A DNA stretch of 45,607 bases from Atractiella rhizophila. Taxonomy: Eukaryota. Below the pieces are notes generated by a model. It had not been told where the DNA came from and made no database searches. It was given only the letters and a program-made list of their open reading frames with translations. The stretch covers positions 1-45,607 of the forward strand of contig MU271550.1 in assembly GCA_021432655.1 (NCBI GenBank), given 5' to 3'. The translations under genes and the position numbers were made by a program. Shown here one piece after another: positions 35,989 through 45,607 of the stretch (the first letter of the stretch is position 1; the number at the start of each line of letters is the position of its first letter).

Positions 35989-38448
35989 ATGTCAACCACA
36001 ATGTCGCTCCAAAACGATCTGGTCCAACATTTCGGCAGTTCCCTTTCCTCAGACCCAACTCTTATGGCAGATTGCCTGAACCTCCTCAGCCTGCACGAAC
36101 TAACACCAGAATCTCTGTATTTCAAGTGGGAGGAACTGCGTTTGTCGAAGGGGTCGAAGCTTGCTTTCAATGGGGAGAACTTCCAGCTTTTGAAGAAGGA
36201 GATAAATCGGACAGTGGTTGGAGACAAAGAGAAGGAGAGAGCTCGAGTGAGAGCGATTCAAACACCTGTTGCAGGAATGAAGAAGCGTTCTGCTGGATTG
36301 GACGGAATGTAAGCTTCTATTCTATATGACGGAATATAGAGTGTAGAACGGGTGTTGCTATAGTCTAGGCCCACTGAGTACGCCAAGAGCGAAGGCACCG
36401 TTCCCGACGTCAAAATCGGTGGATAAAACCCCCCTCGCCTCCCGTTTCAACTCTTCATATGCTAGCGCACCGCTAGCACCAGAGACGCCATTGCCTCGTC
36501 TCCCTTTCAAATTGCCCGAGGGATTAGATTCTCCTTCGTCTCCAAGCGTCAAGTGAGCAATTTTCAGTCCACAGCGCCTTCGAAGCAATTGAAGAGGAGT
36601 ACAGGGCTCTCCCTTTCAAGGACCGACAGAATTCCCTTCAAGTTGTCGATACCCTAAACTCCCATCTCTCGATTCCAGAGAATATTGGCGCTTCAACCTC
36701 ACGAGTCAAAGTGGTCGGCTCTCGGGATCCTGCTGCTTATTCATATAGGTACATGTTTGAGAAGCTGACTGATAAAGGAAACGGTATGTGTCTTACCACA
36801 ATTTATGGGATTGAGCTCATTATGGAATAGTCCTCGATCAACAGATCGACAATTTTGCGGCTCTCTACCGCGAGATCTACCCCTCCGTCTTTGATTCAGA
36901 AGATGGGTCTCTCCCGTTCGGAGACCCAACATGTCAGTCCAGTGAAGACATATGGGCTTGCGGTCGCATATGCCCTGAGAGTGACGAGCAGAAACTGGGT
37001 GACGAAGGCAGTGGCATCTTCCTAGAGACTTCACGTTTAGGTGGAGGAGGCAGGAGGGTGGAGCTGCGGTTTGATGGCAACTGCTTTGTTCGTGGCTCAG
37101 TTCCCGGAACTGATGGATTCGGATTGTTCCCTGGCATGATTGTGGCTATGAAGGGAAGAAATGGAACCGGCACCGCGTTCAATGTCTCTGAAGTGCTCTC
37201 GGTATGTCCGATCAAATCTGTTTGAGCGCAGCAGGCTGAAGGCTTCGTTCAAGCTCCCTCCTCCTGAGCTCCCGGATTCTACACCGCAGGAGGTTCTCGA
37301 CTTCGGATGGGGCGCTGAGAACCCATCAGGAGGGCCAATGACATACCTTATCTCAGCAGGTCCCTTCACCGTCGAAGAGAACCTAGATTACGAACCGTTG
37401 CAAGCTTTGATAGATGAGGCAACGCTTTTAAAGCCTTCCGTCCTCCTACTAGTTCGCCGCTGCCTCATACACTGCCTCCCAGCGCTGACGGGAGACACAG
37501 ATCGGACCGTTCTTGGATTCAAATCATCCTCTCGTTAGGCTTGGCCTCCTTCATGAGACACCACACCAGCTATTCAAATCCCAGATCTCGTCCAAGCTGA
37601 ATTCCTTCATGGACTCTTCTCCTAGATCAACGGTTATCCTTGTCCCAAGTCTGCGAGACATGACCAGCTACCATTTGGCCTTCCCTCAAAGTCCATTCGA
37701 AAAAGATCCAGCTCTGGGCCTTAAACCTGTAAGTTTGTCTTTCATTACACTGTGCTCATTTTTGATATTTCGATTTGGTAGAGAGCGAAGATGCTTCCGA
37801 ATCCATTTCAGTTCACGGTGAACGAGCTAGTTTTTGGTCTAACATCTGTCGATGCTCTCTTTCATTTGAGAAACCAGGAGTTTTTCAAACGTGCCCAACA
37901 ACCCCCTGAAGAAGCAGGAGGAGAGGATGTGAAGAAGGAAGACCTGCTGTCAAGAACATGTCGTCATCTCATCCGTCAAAGATCGTGCGCGGTTGTCTGT
38001 CTGTTCTCCTCACCGTTGTTAATCCTGGGGGCAGATTCTATCCGCTCTTCCCTGCACCGAAAACAAAGGATGGGATTCTGCCGCTCGACATTACGCATCG
38101 TAATTTACTAAAGTTCCCATCGTCCGAAGTGGCCGATATCCTCATTTTACCGTCAACCCTGAAATACTTTACAAAGGTAACTTGCTTCCTTTCTTGTCGA
38201 CTACCATTGACAGTAAACAGGTTGTGGACTCAACCATCGTAGTAAACCCCTCCTACCTCACGAAAGGCAACCAGCCAGGAACCTTCGCACGACTCACAAT
38301 CTGGCCCATGAAGAAGGATGAGTTGGAGCGACGGATTGCGGAAGGGGAGAGGAAGATGCAAGTCGATGGAGCTGAGGAGGAAGAGGATGAAGACACGATA
38401 CCTAATCGAGCCTGGGAGAGGGTCAGGGTCGATATCATCAAAATATGA
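35989..38448 (+). CDS. POL12: DNA polymerase alpha-primase B subunit
   Basis: Motifs LTPESLYFKWE, YRYMFEKL, CGRIC, LETSRLGGGGRRVEL, LFPGMIVAMKGRNGTG..F, AGPFT...LDYEPL, LLL-IGPFLDSNHP, ILVPSLRD, LPNP, FYPLFP, DILILPSTLKYF, NPSYL. Confidence 0.95.
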
Positions 38449-38561
38449 ACCGTAAGAGTAAATAGGGAAAGTTTGCATTTCTTGGGTTTGTATGTAGATT
38501 GGACAAATGACTCCTTGTAATGAAAGGTACGAAAAAAATACCACACTGAATATGAAACTCG

Positions 38562-39140
38562 TCAATCCGTCTTCTGCAACCCACTTTCCTCCCTCTGTTC
38601 AATCCTCTGTTGCCCCAACATCTCCCGCAGTTCAACCTCAAACCAGCCTGCTGTCCACCCGATGATCAACCCACCTCCCGTCGCAAGCGAGAGCAAGATG
38701 AATCCAGGAATGCCCCAATTAAAAGTCCACCTCCAAATTGCCCTCCAAATTGGACCCGTGAGGTAGCTCATTACTTGGAAAGTCCACAGAAAGGGATAGA
38801 AAAGAAAGGGAATAAGGTGTAACAGATGAACCAACGGCGCATGCTCCGTCCCCGTCAAAGGATGTACGCTCACTGTCGGAGTTGGGGTTGGAACGGGGTG
38901 GTAAGACTGGGAGGGAGGAGGGCTCGAAGGGGGAGGATGTTGGGCTTTGAGGTTTGGCTCAGGAAGGGAAGAGGCAAAGAGCGCAGCCTGCGCATTCGCT
39001 TCGTGAATACGGTGTTGGCCATGTTGGGCGCGTAAGCGTGCGGCGTAATCCTCGATGTGCAGAGAGACCGCAATCTCAACAAGGAAGAAGATGAGGAAGG
39101 CTATTCCTCCGATCCGATGTGTAAGATTCGAGAAGCGCAT
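38562..39140 (-). CDS. Uncharacterised membrane protein (~192 aa, apparently intronless; 'gene X')
   Basis: ATG 39140 begins MRFSNLTHRIGGIAFLIFFLVEIAVS (signal/TM), then an H/P-rich linker, then hydrophobic LVHLLHLIPFLFYPFLW..WGIPGFILLSLATGGGLIIGWTAGWF. The frame is preserved in the duplicate copy. Confidence 0.65.
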   Translation of the reverse strand: MRFSNLTHRIGGIAFLIFFLVEIAVSLHIEDYAARLRAQHGQHRIHEANAQAALFASSLPEPNLKAQHPPPSSPPPSQSYHPVPTPTPTVSVHPLTGTEHAPLVHLLHLIPFLFYPFLWTFQVMSYLTGPIWRAIWRWTFNWGIPGFILLSLATGGGLIIGWTAGWFEVELREMLGQQRIEQREESGLQKTD

Positions 39141-41946
39141 ACTCCTCAGGATGAGGGTGTGGTTCAAGGTCAAACGTCAAACAGTCCAAGTGCAGGGTCC
39201 TAGTCACCGACGTTAGCTGTGCCTGGAAGCGGGAGGACAGTGGTTCAAGTACCTCGATGGCAAACAATAGTCCCTTTGCTTCCTCCTCGCAATAATTGAC
39301 TTTGGCCTTCGTCGAAAGAGAGTGCTCTTCAAGTTGGGAGCGGTCGTGAATTTGGTTGTGAAATTCGTGACCCAGGTCCGGCGTCCGAATCCAAAAGTGA
39401 TAGCAGGCAACGTTACCTAATCACCCTTTGTCTTCAGTAATTCCAGGTCAGTGAACTGGTCGGGCCTGGAGCAGATGTTTTGAAGAGATCAGCAATATAT
39501 TGATAATTCATTACACATTCTACATTCAACATTTCGTTCAGAGCAGATATAAGAATCAAACAATGAGACCAGATATTCAATCCTTTCCATTCAGTAATAC
39601 AGGATGTGTTCCTACTTTCACAATCATCAGCGCGTTTGAAGTCCATCATCTCTCCCTTAGGATGTTGAAGGTGTCGCAGCTGCCGGTGCAACTTCTGCAG
39701 CTGCTGTGGGCGGTGGAGCGGAGGTACCAGCAGGAGCGGCATGGGCGCCATGAGCCTTCTTCTCCTCTGCGATGCGCTTCGCTTCCTCATGTACTTCGAG
39801 GACCTGTCACCGTAGGAATTTAAATAGGGGCTAACTATGAGGGCTGACAACGCACAGTTTTAGCTCCCTTAGTGTAGTACTCAGAAACCTTCTGACCATA
39901 GGGAGAAGAAAGGGCTTTCTGGTAATATGAGACAGACATGTCCCACGCTTTCTGACCTATCCCATTTATTTAGAATTGATTCAGGAAGAGGGAGAACAAT
40001 AGGTACCCTTAGAGGAAACACCGCCCTTCTCATCAAGCGACTTGGCCTGGGTAGTGGCCTTCTCAACTGTTGGGTTGATAGTCTCGGTAGCCTTCTGAAT
40101 ATGCGGTTGTGCCTGTACGTGAAGGTGCAATGAGTATGCGCCACTCGAGTGAAGGAGATATATACCTTCTCGTTGAGCGTGTTCCACCAAGTGAGGAACT
40201 TTTGGCTGATACCGTACTTCTGATCCTGAGAGATTGCAGTATGAATGGCTTGATCACCGAGGACATATCCATGGGCCAGGTATTCTGCAACAACTGCACG
40301 ACGATCCACCATCAGTCTTGAGCTCGGAATGCCCCAATTAAAAGTCCACCTCCAAATTGCCCTCCAAATTGGACCCGTGAGGTAGCTCATTACTTGGAAA
40401 GTCCACAGAAAGGGATAGAAAAGAAAGGGAATAAGGTGTAACAGATGAACCAACGGCGCATGCTCCGTCCCCGTCAAAGGATGTACGCTCACTGTCGGAG
40501 CTGGGGTTGGAACGGGGTGGTAAGACTGGGAGGGAGGAGGGCTCGAAGGGGGAGGATGTTGGGCTTTGAGGTTTGGCCCTGGAAGGGAAGAGGCGAAGAG
40601 CGCAGCCTGCGCATTCGCTTCGTGAATACGGTGTTGGCCATGTTGGGCTCGTAAGCGTGCGGCGTAATCCTCGACGTGCAGAGAGACCGCAATCTCGACA
40701 AGGAAGACGATGAGGAAGGCTATCCCTCCGATCCGATGTGTAAGATTCGAGAAGCGCATACTCCTCAGGATGAGGGTGTGGTTCAAGGCCAAACGTCAAA
40801 CAGTCCAAGTGCAGGGTCCTGGTCACCGACGTTAGCTGTGCCTGGAAGCGGGAGGACAGTGGTTCAAGTACTTCGATGGCAAACAATAGTCCCTTTGCTT
40901 CCTCCTCGCAATGATTGACTTTGGCCTTCGTCGCAAGAGAGTGCTCTTCAGGTTGGGAGCGGTCGTGAATTTGGTTGTGAAATTCGTGACCCAGGTCCGG
41001 CGTCCGAATGAAAAAGTGATGGCAGGCAAAGTTACCTAATCACCTTTTGTCTTCAGTAATTCCAGGTCAGTGAACTGGTCGGGCCTGGAGCAGATGTTTT
41101 GAAGAGATCAGCAATATATTGATAATTCATTACACATTCTACATTCAACATTTCGTTCAGAACAGATATAAGAACCAAACAATGAGACCAGATATTCAAT
41201 CCTTTCCATTCAGTAATACAGGATGTGTTCCTACTTTCAAAATCAGCAGCGCGTTTAGAAGTCCATCATCCCTCCCTTAGGATGTTGAAGGTGTCGCAGC
41301 TGCCGGTGCAACTTCTGCAGCTGCTGTGGGTGGTGGAGCGGAGGTACCAGCAGGAGCGGCATGGCCGCCATGAGCCTTCTTCTCCTCTGCGATGCGCTTC
41401 GCTTCCTCATGTACTTCGAGGACCTGTCACCGCAGGAATCTTAATAGGGGCTAACGATGAGGGCTGACAACGCACAGTCTTAGCTCCCTTAGTGTAGTAC
41501 TCAGAAACCTTCTGACCATACGGAGAAGAAAGGGCTTTCTGGTAATATGAGACAGACATATCCCACGCTTTCTGACCTATCCCATTTAGTTAGAATTGAT
41601 TCAGGAAGAGAGGACAAGAATAGGTACCCTTGGAGGAAACACCGCCCTTCTCATCAAGCGACTTGGCCTGGGTAGTGGCCTTCTCAACTGTTGGGTTGAT
41701 AGTCTCAGTAGCCTTCTGAATATGCGGTTGTGCCTGTACGTGAAGGTGCAATGAGTATGCGCCACTCGAGTAAAGGAGATATATACCTTCTCGTTGAGCG
41801 TGTTCCACCAAGTGAGGAACTTTTGGCTGATACCGTACTTCTGATCCTGAGAGATTGCAGTATGGATGGCTTGATCACCGAGGACATATCCATGGGCCAG
41901 GTATTCTGCAACAACTGCACGACGATCCACCATCAGTCTTGAGCTC
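38707..41946. repeat. ~1.62-kb direct tandem duplication (38707-40325 vs 40326-41946), roughly 97% identical by eye
   Basis: Both units begin ggaatgccccaattaaaagtcc and end ...catcagtcttgagctc. They differ by scattered substitutions and small non-coding indels. Junction gagctc|ggaatg at 40325/40326. Confidence 0.97.
39657..40759 (-). CDS. Chimeric gene: gene X N-terminal ~145 aa + 32-nt intron remnant + Vip1 C-terminal exons
   Basis: The reading frame is continuous across the junction: ..FNWGIP|SSRLMVDRRA|VVAEYLAHGYVLGDQ... The downstream Vip1 introns and the stop (TAA 39657-39659) are retained. Confidence 0.55.
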
Positions 41947-42377
41947 TGCGAGGGAAATTGAGAACGCACTTGCAGTCCGCGGCTTATCGTGCTGTCCTAC
42001 CTCGTCATGATCCTCTGCAGCTGGGGTAGGCGGATGGTCTCCAGCCGGTCCAGAAATGCTGAGTTAGAAACACGCATCAATTCACTATCAACTGGCACAG
42101 ATAAGAAACTGACTTGAGCACGCTGCCATCAAGTGTTCCGCCATTCAAGAATGCGGCAGTTCGGGCAGAAGTCTCTGCACGGATCCATCGCCGTCAAATC
42201 CCATCCCACTGCGACGCAAGAACAAAGCGCACCTTTCTCGAAAGTGACCGAAGCTGATTTCTTATCCTGATCGATGGTGATTTCATTCACCTTTCCACAA
42301 AATCCAAGGAATTTCTCTAAGGATTCTTTCGTCGTGGTAGGAGAAAGATTGGAGACTTGGATAGTGTTTTCTGCCAT
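41277..42377 (-). CDS. vip1: Vip1-like RRM protein
   Basis: RRM TIQVSNLSPTTTKESLEKFLGFCGKV..ASVTFEK-ETSARTAAFLNGGTLDG; QHDKPRTA-IVAEYLAHGYVLGDQAI..D.KYGIS..F; YYQKALSSPYGQKVSEYY..VLEVHEEAKRIA. Confidence 0.9.
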
Positions 42378-42427
42378 GTCGTTAGAGTATTGATTTGGTG
42401 TGATTTTGTTGTGGTCTTCGTCGTCCT

Positions 42428-42455
42428 CTTTATACGTCCCTGATATATGACGTCA
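42428..42455 (-). promoter_or_regulatory. Vip1 promoter: TATA box and CRE/ATF site
   Basis: TATAAAG on the minus strand (42434-42428) and palindromic TGACGTCA at 42448-42455, 50-80 bp upstream of ATG 42377. Confidence 0.45.
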
Positions 42456-42765
42456 ACACTAGTCGTGAGCGTGGTGGCGCAATGACGCGTGATGTCCATC
42501 ATAACTGCGACCTTTTGCGACCCATCGCTGCCTCATTTTTACAAGTTGCCACCTGGCCACCTGGTTGCCTTACTGAACGAGATATGTATGCACATAGTCA
42601 TTATTCCTATACTAATGCAATTTAAATACTAAATCCCTACTTTAGACCAGCGCACAAACAAGGACAGCAGGATGTAAAGTGTTCATGATGGACAGAGAAA
42701 TGCACTAAATGGTAAGCAGTAGGCAATGAACGGATGAGGGTGAGTTCCTCGACTGCGTTTGTCTA

Positions 42766-45077
42766 TTAGGCGAGAACCGTGTGTGACTCGTTTTGTTGAA
42801 ACGTTCCGATAGTTAAAACGTTTGAGAATGTACCTACACAACTCAATTTACTTGTCTATCAATGGGATATTAAGGTGGAACACTACCTTCATGACCATCC
42901 TCTCCAATCGCACGCACCATGAATGATAAATCTCTTCCCTTCTGTGCTAAGATGGAGCGTAGTTCGAAAGCCAGCTGCCCTTCCGGCACAGCGTCTGTAT
43001 TCCGCGAAATGACCTCCCAACCGGTTTGAGCATTGCCTTTAGCGTTCACCCAAAGCTCATAACTCGATGCCCATGTCGAACCGCGCCATACAAGTTTACT
43101 GCCATTATCGGCGAGGAAGACTTCTGGAGCGTTTGGAGTCGGATGGGGTGGTACAGCCTCACCGTTTATCTTGTAAGAAGCTTCAATGACATGTCAGAAG
43201 GCTTTCTAGTACTCTGTGTGACATACCTTTGCGGATGGCGGCCACAATTTGCTTCTCTCGTGGGTCGAACTCTGGGACATTGTAGGTGGTAAAACCAGGG
43301 ACGTGCTGTGGTGATCAGGATGAGTATTTCTTGGGTGGATCCAATACAAATCCTCACATAGGAGTAAATGCCATTTCCTTCGCCGTGAGTTTTGAAACCT
43401 CCTTTGGCAGAGTGGGGTCGAAGAGACCAAACCAAAGAACCTTGTCCTCCTGCGGATTCGACAGCGTTCATAAACTTAGCGTAGTCCTCAATTTTAGAGA
43501 AAAAGCCAAATTCTCCGGCTATGAACCTGCTGCTACCTCAGATTTGCAACGATGAGAAGATAATGCTGACCCCTTTCCATATTTCTTGCATATCTCAACA
43601 TCCTTCTTCACTCGCTTGATATCACCAGCTTTTAATAACGGTCAGTTTTGCTACGAAAGGAGGAAAGACGGCTCACATCCATAGTAGTGATAGCTATCGG
43701 TTCATATCAGCAAGTCGACACCATTACTGACAACTTACGTACCTCAGAAGACTGGGCATCAAAATCAGTTCGCCTTCACAACATTGGATTCAAGAACGCA
43801 CTGGACATCTGGACTCTGTAAAACAGCCTTCTCATAACAGCATTCCGGATCGTCATTTCTAGCGAATGATCCGTCCATCACCAGGGTGTTTGGCGCGAGG
43901 GAACGAATGTGCTTTGCTAAGGAATTGCTGAGATTGGTAGGAGAACTCGTCAAATAAACTAACCAATCTCTAATGTCCAAGAAGCAGGTGCAGGTCGTTG
44001 AAACGCATTCAACTCGTTGCCTGGGCCAGTGGTGATGAGCAGGTGATGTGGAGGGGCAGAAGGTAAAGAAGCGCACCAGTTTCCCAAGCAAGGATAGAAG
44101 GATCATCGCCATACCGAACCTTCGATATGGTGTTAACACGGTTTAAAAGTTGGGTTACGAGTAATTTAAACCTGTTGATTTTAACCCTTCACCACAAGGC
44201 GAGATTCCAAGATAATGCTCACGAATCGATCATCTGCCGGTCCCTCCAGAAATCTACCCCTTCCCACTTATCCACTCCTTTTCTCATCTTAATAAGGTCG
44301 CGGGTGTTGCCAACCCAGTTCGTCTCCTCACTTCCAAAGTCTTGGTTAATAATGGGAAAGATGATTCGTGCATCGTCTTTGTTACCATATTCTCAGCTTC
44401 AATCTTTTGAAGACCATATGACGCACATTTTCCAGCTCCAGCTAATGCTGTATCGATCATCTTCATCTCTCCCTCGTCTAGTTTCCAGACATTCCTGTCC
44501 CAATCCCACCCTGCTTTCGGTTCAGCCGCCCGTCATCTCCGAAAACGTTACTCACCCATGACATGGGCTATGTCCTTGTTTCTTGATTTGGTCGTGAGAG
44601 TATAGCACCTTGTGACAGGTCTGCCGAATCCCAAGAAAGTGCGCAAAGTGTCGAGTTGCTCGAAAGGTTCATGCGAGTCGATCAACTTTGTTGCTATTCA
44701 ACCTTTAAATCTCCAACTTACAAAGTAAGACATACTTCTGGCGAATTGAGCGTAGCAAATCGAAACCACTTCTTCCCACCTTCAGGTGTCTCAACATACA
44801 ATTCTCCTTTCTGAGTGATCTTCACGAAAGACCGTGACATCGGCCTCGATTCGAATGGTACTTGAGGAGGTTCCGACATGAGAGTTGGTGGTTGATAGGC
44901 GGGTATATGGGGCTTTCCAGACGGTTGTTCGATCGTTGAACTGGACTCAGGTTGTTGCTTCGGTGGCTCGTGCGCGTCGCTTGAAACGCAGTTGCCCACT
45001 ATTTATCAGGGCGTCAGCTTCTCGAACACAAGCGAAACAAAGCACTCCGAGAGGTGCTAAGCTCGGCTTTACGAACT
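42766..45077 (-). CDS. Glycoside hydrolase family 5 (mannanase/mannosidase-like) with C-terminal Fn3-like domain; ATG split by an intron
   Basis: Motifs FRFATLNSPE, VTRCYTL, IIFPIIN, RYGDDPSILAWETG-NE (acid/base), HIRSLAPNTLVMDG, YHYY, FIAGEFGF (nucleophile), GSLVWSLRPH..GGF..H; tail LVWRGS.WA.SY..FMVRA..G.FSN. Confidence 0.85.
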
Positions 45078-45607
45078 TGTCAAAACCCTTTCGGCGAGCT
45101 GGAGGATCAGATATTCCTTGGCGCTAAACTGCTTCGGTGCACACCACAAAGACAAGCCAAAGGTGTTCTGAAAGTTCTGAGGCTTCTTGAGGCCGAGCGC
45201 TGATGGGCAACAGACGAATGTGGTCAAAATGTGAGTACGGTAAGTGCCTGTATATCTCGTATCATGGTATCATGCACTCCGCTGGGATGTTATTTATAAG
45301 GTTTTGAACACTAGAGGCTTGATGTCACCAAGCTTTACTGCAAACAAGGTCATCCTCATTTTACTTCCAGAGCTGCAGACTGTACTTGAAAGACATCATC
45401 AAAATGAGCTCAAAGATGGGCTCAAATAGGCAACAGCTACGAGATATAGACGCGTCAAAAGAGGGTTTAAGCACTCTTTCTGGGGACAATTCAGAAGCCC
45501 AGTCGCCTTTCATGACAAACATGAATATTCTGTATCCATCAATGAAAGATAGGTGCCGGGAGTGGTGAAAACGGCTAAAGGCATCCGATGAACCAGTCCA
45601 TTGGGTG

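Noticed and set aside
45244..45607. Two ~60-aa ORFs at the right edge
   Set aside because: Non-ATG starts and no motifs. They cannot be evaluated without the flanking sequence.
1..45607. A functional gene cluster (e.g. Nbs1/Pol12/ELYS, or ENGase/Rpn3/BAG/PIMT) or a mobile element
   Set aside because: The genes are interspersed housekeeping loci with no shared regulatory signature. I saw no transposase, reverse transcriptase, LTR or TIR.

Overview
This is a gene-dense eukaryotic window with short introns (mostly ~45-60 nt, CTRAY-type branch points). It is fungal, most likely a basidiomycete, possibly Pucciniomycotina (inferred from protein families and intron style). The six-frame ORFs are exon fragments. 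Splicing them by hand gives about 18 protein genes plus one candidate chimera. In order, the genes are: CCCH zinc-finger Cps3/Lee1-like (partial), SAP30BP/HCNGP, a BAG co-chaperone, a GH18 ENGase, Dap1/MAPR, a tandem coronin, an Aro8/AADAT aminotransferase, Nbs1, PIMT, ELYS-like, CIA30/NDUFAF1, NAD-dependent Gpd1, an arrestin-fold protein, Dhh1, Rpn3, Pol12, an orphan membrane protein, Vip1-like RRM and a GH5 hydrolase. I found no transposon, tRNA, rRNA or CRISPR. Six observations stand out. (1) A diverged ~1.62-kb tandem duplication creates an in-frame chimeric gene (membrane protein + exonised intron + Vip1 C-terminus) between two intact parents. (2) A probable non-coding host gene between RPN3 and POL12 carries an intronic snR63/U46-like C/D snoRNA. 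(3) Gpd1 has a mitochondrial-type presequence, a second ATG and a PTS1-like C-terminus. (4) The GH5 start codon exists only after splicing and begins an MGNC acylation motif. (5) A secreted-looking ENGase ends in a UBA-like domain. (6) An 86-bp duplication gives PIMT two competing splice acceptors. Exon boundaries were inferred by eye and no database searches were run.
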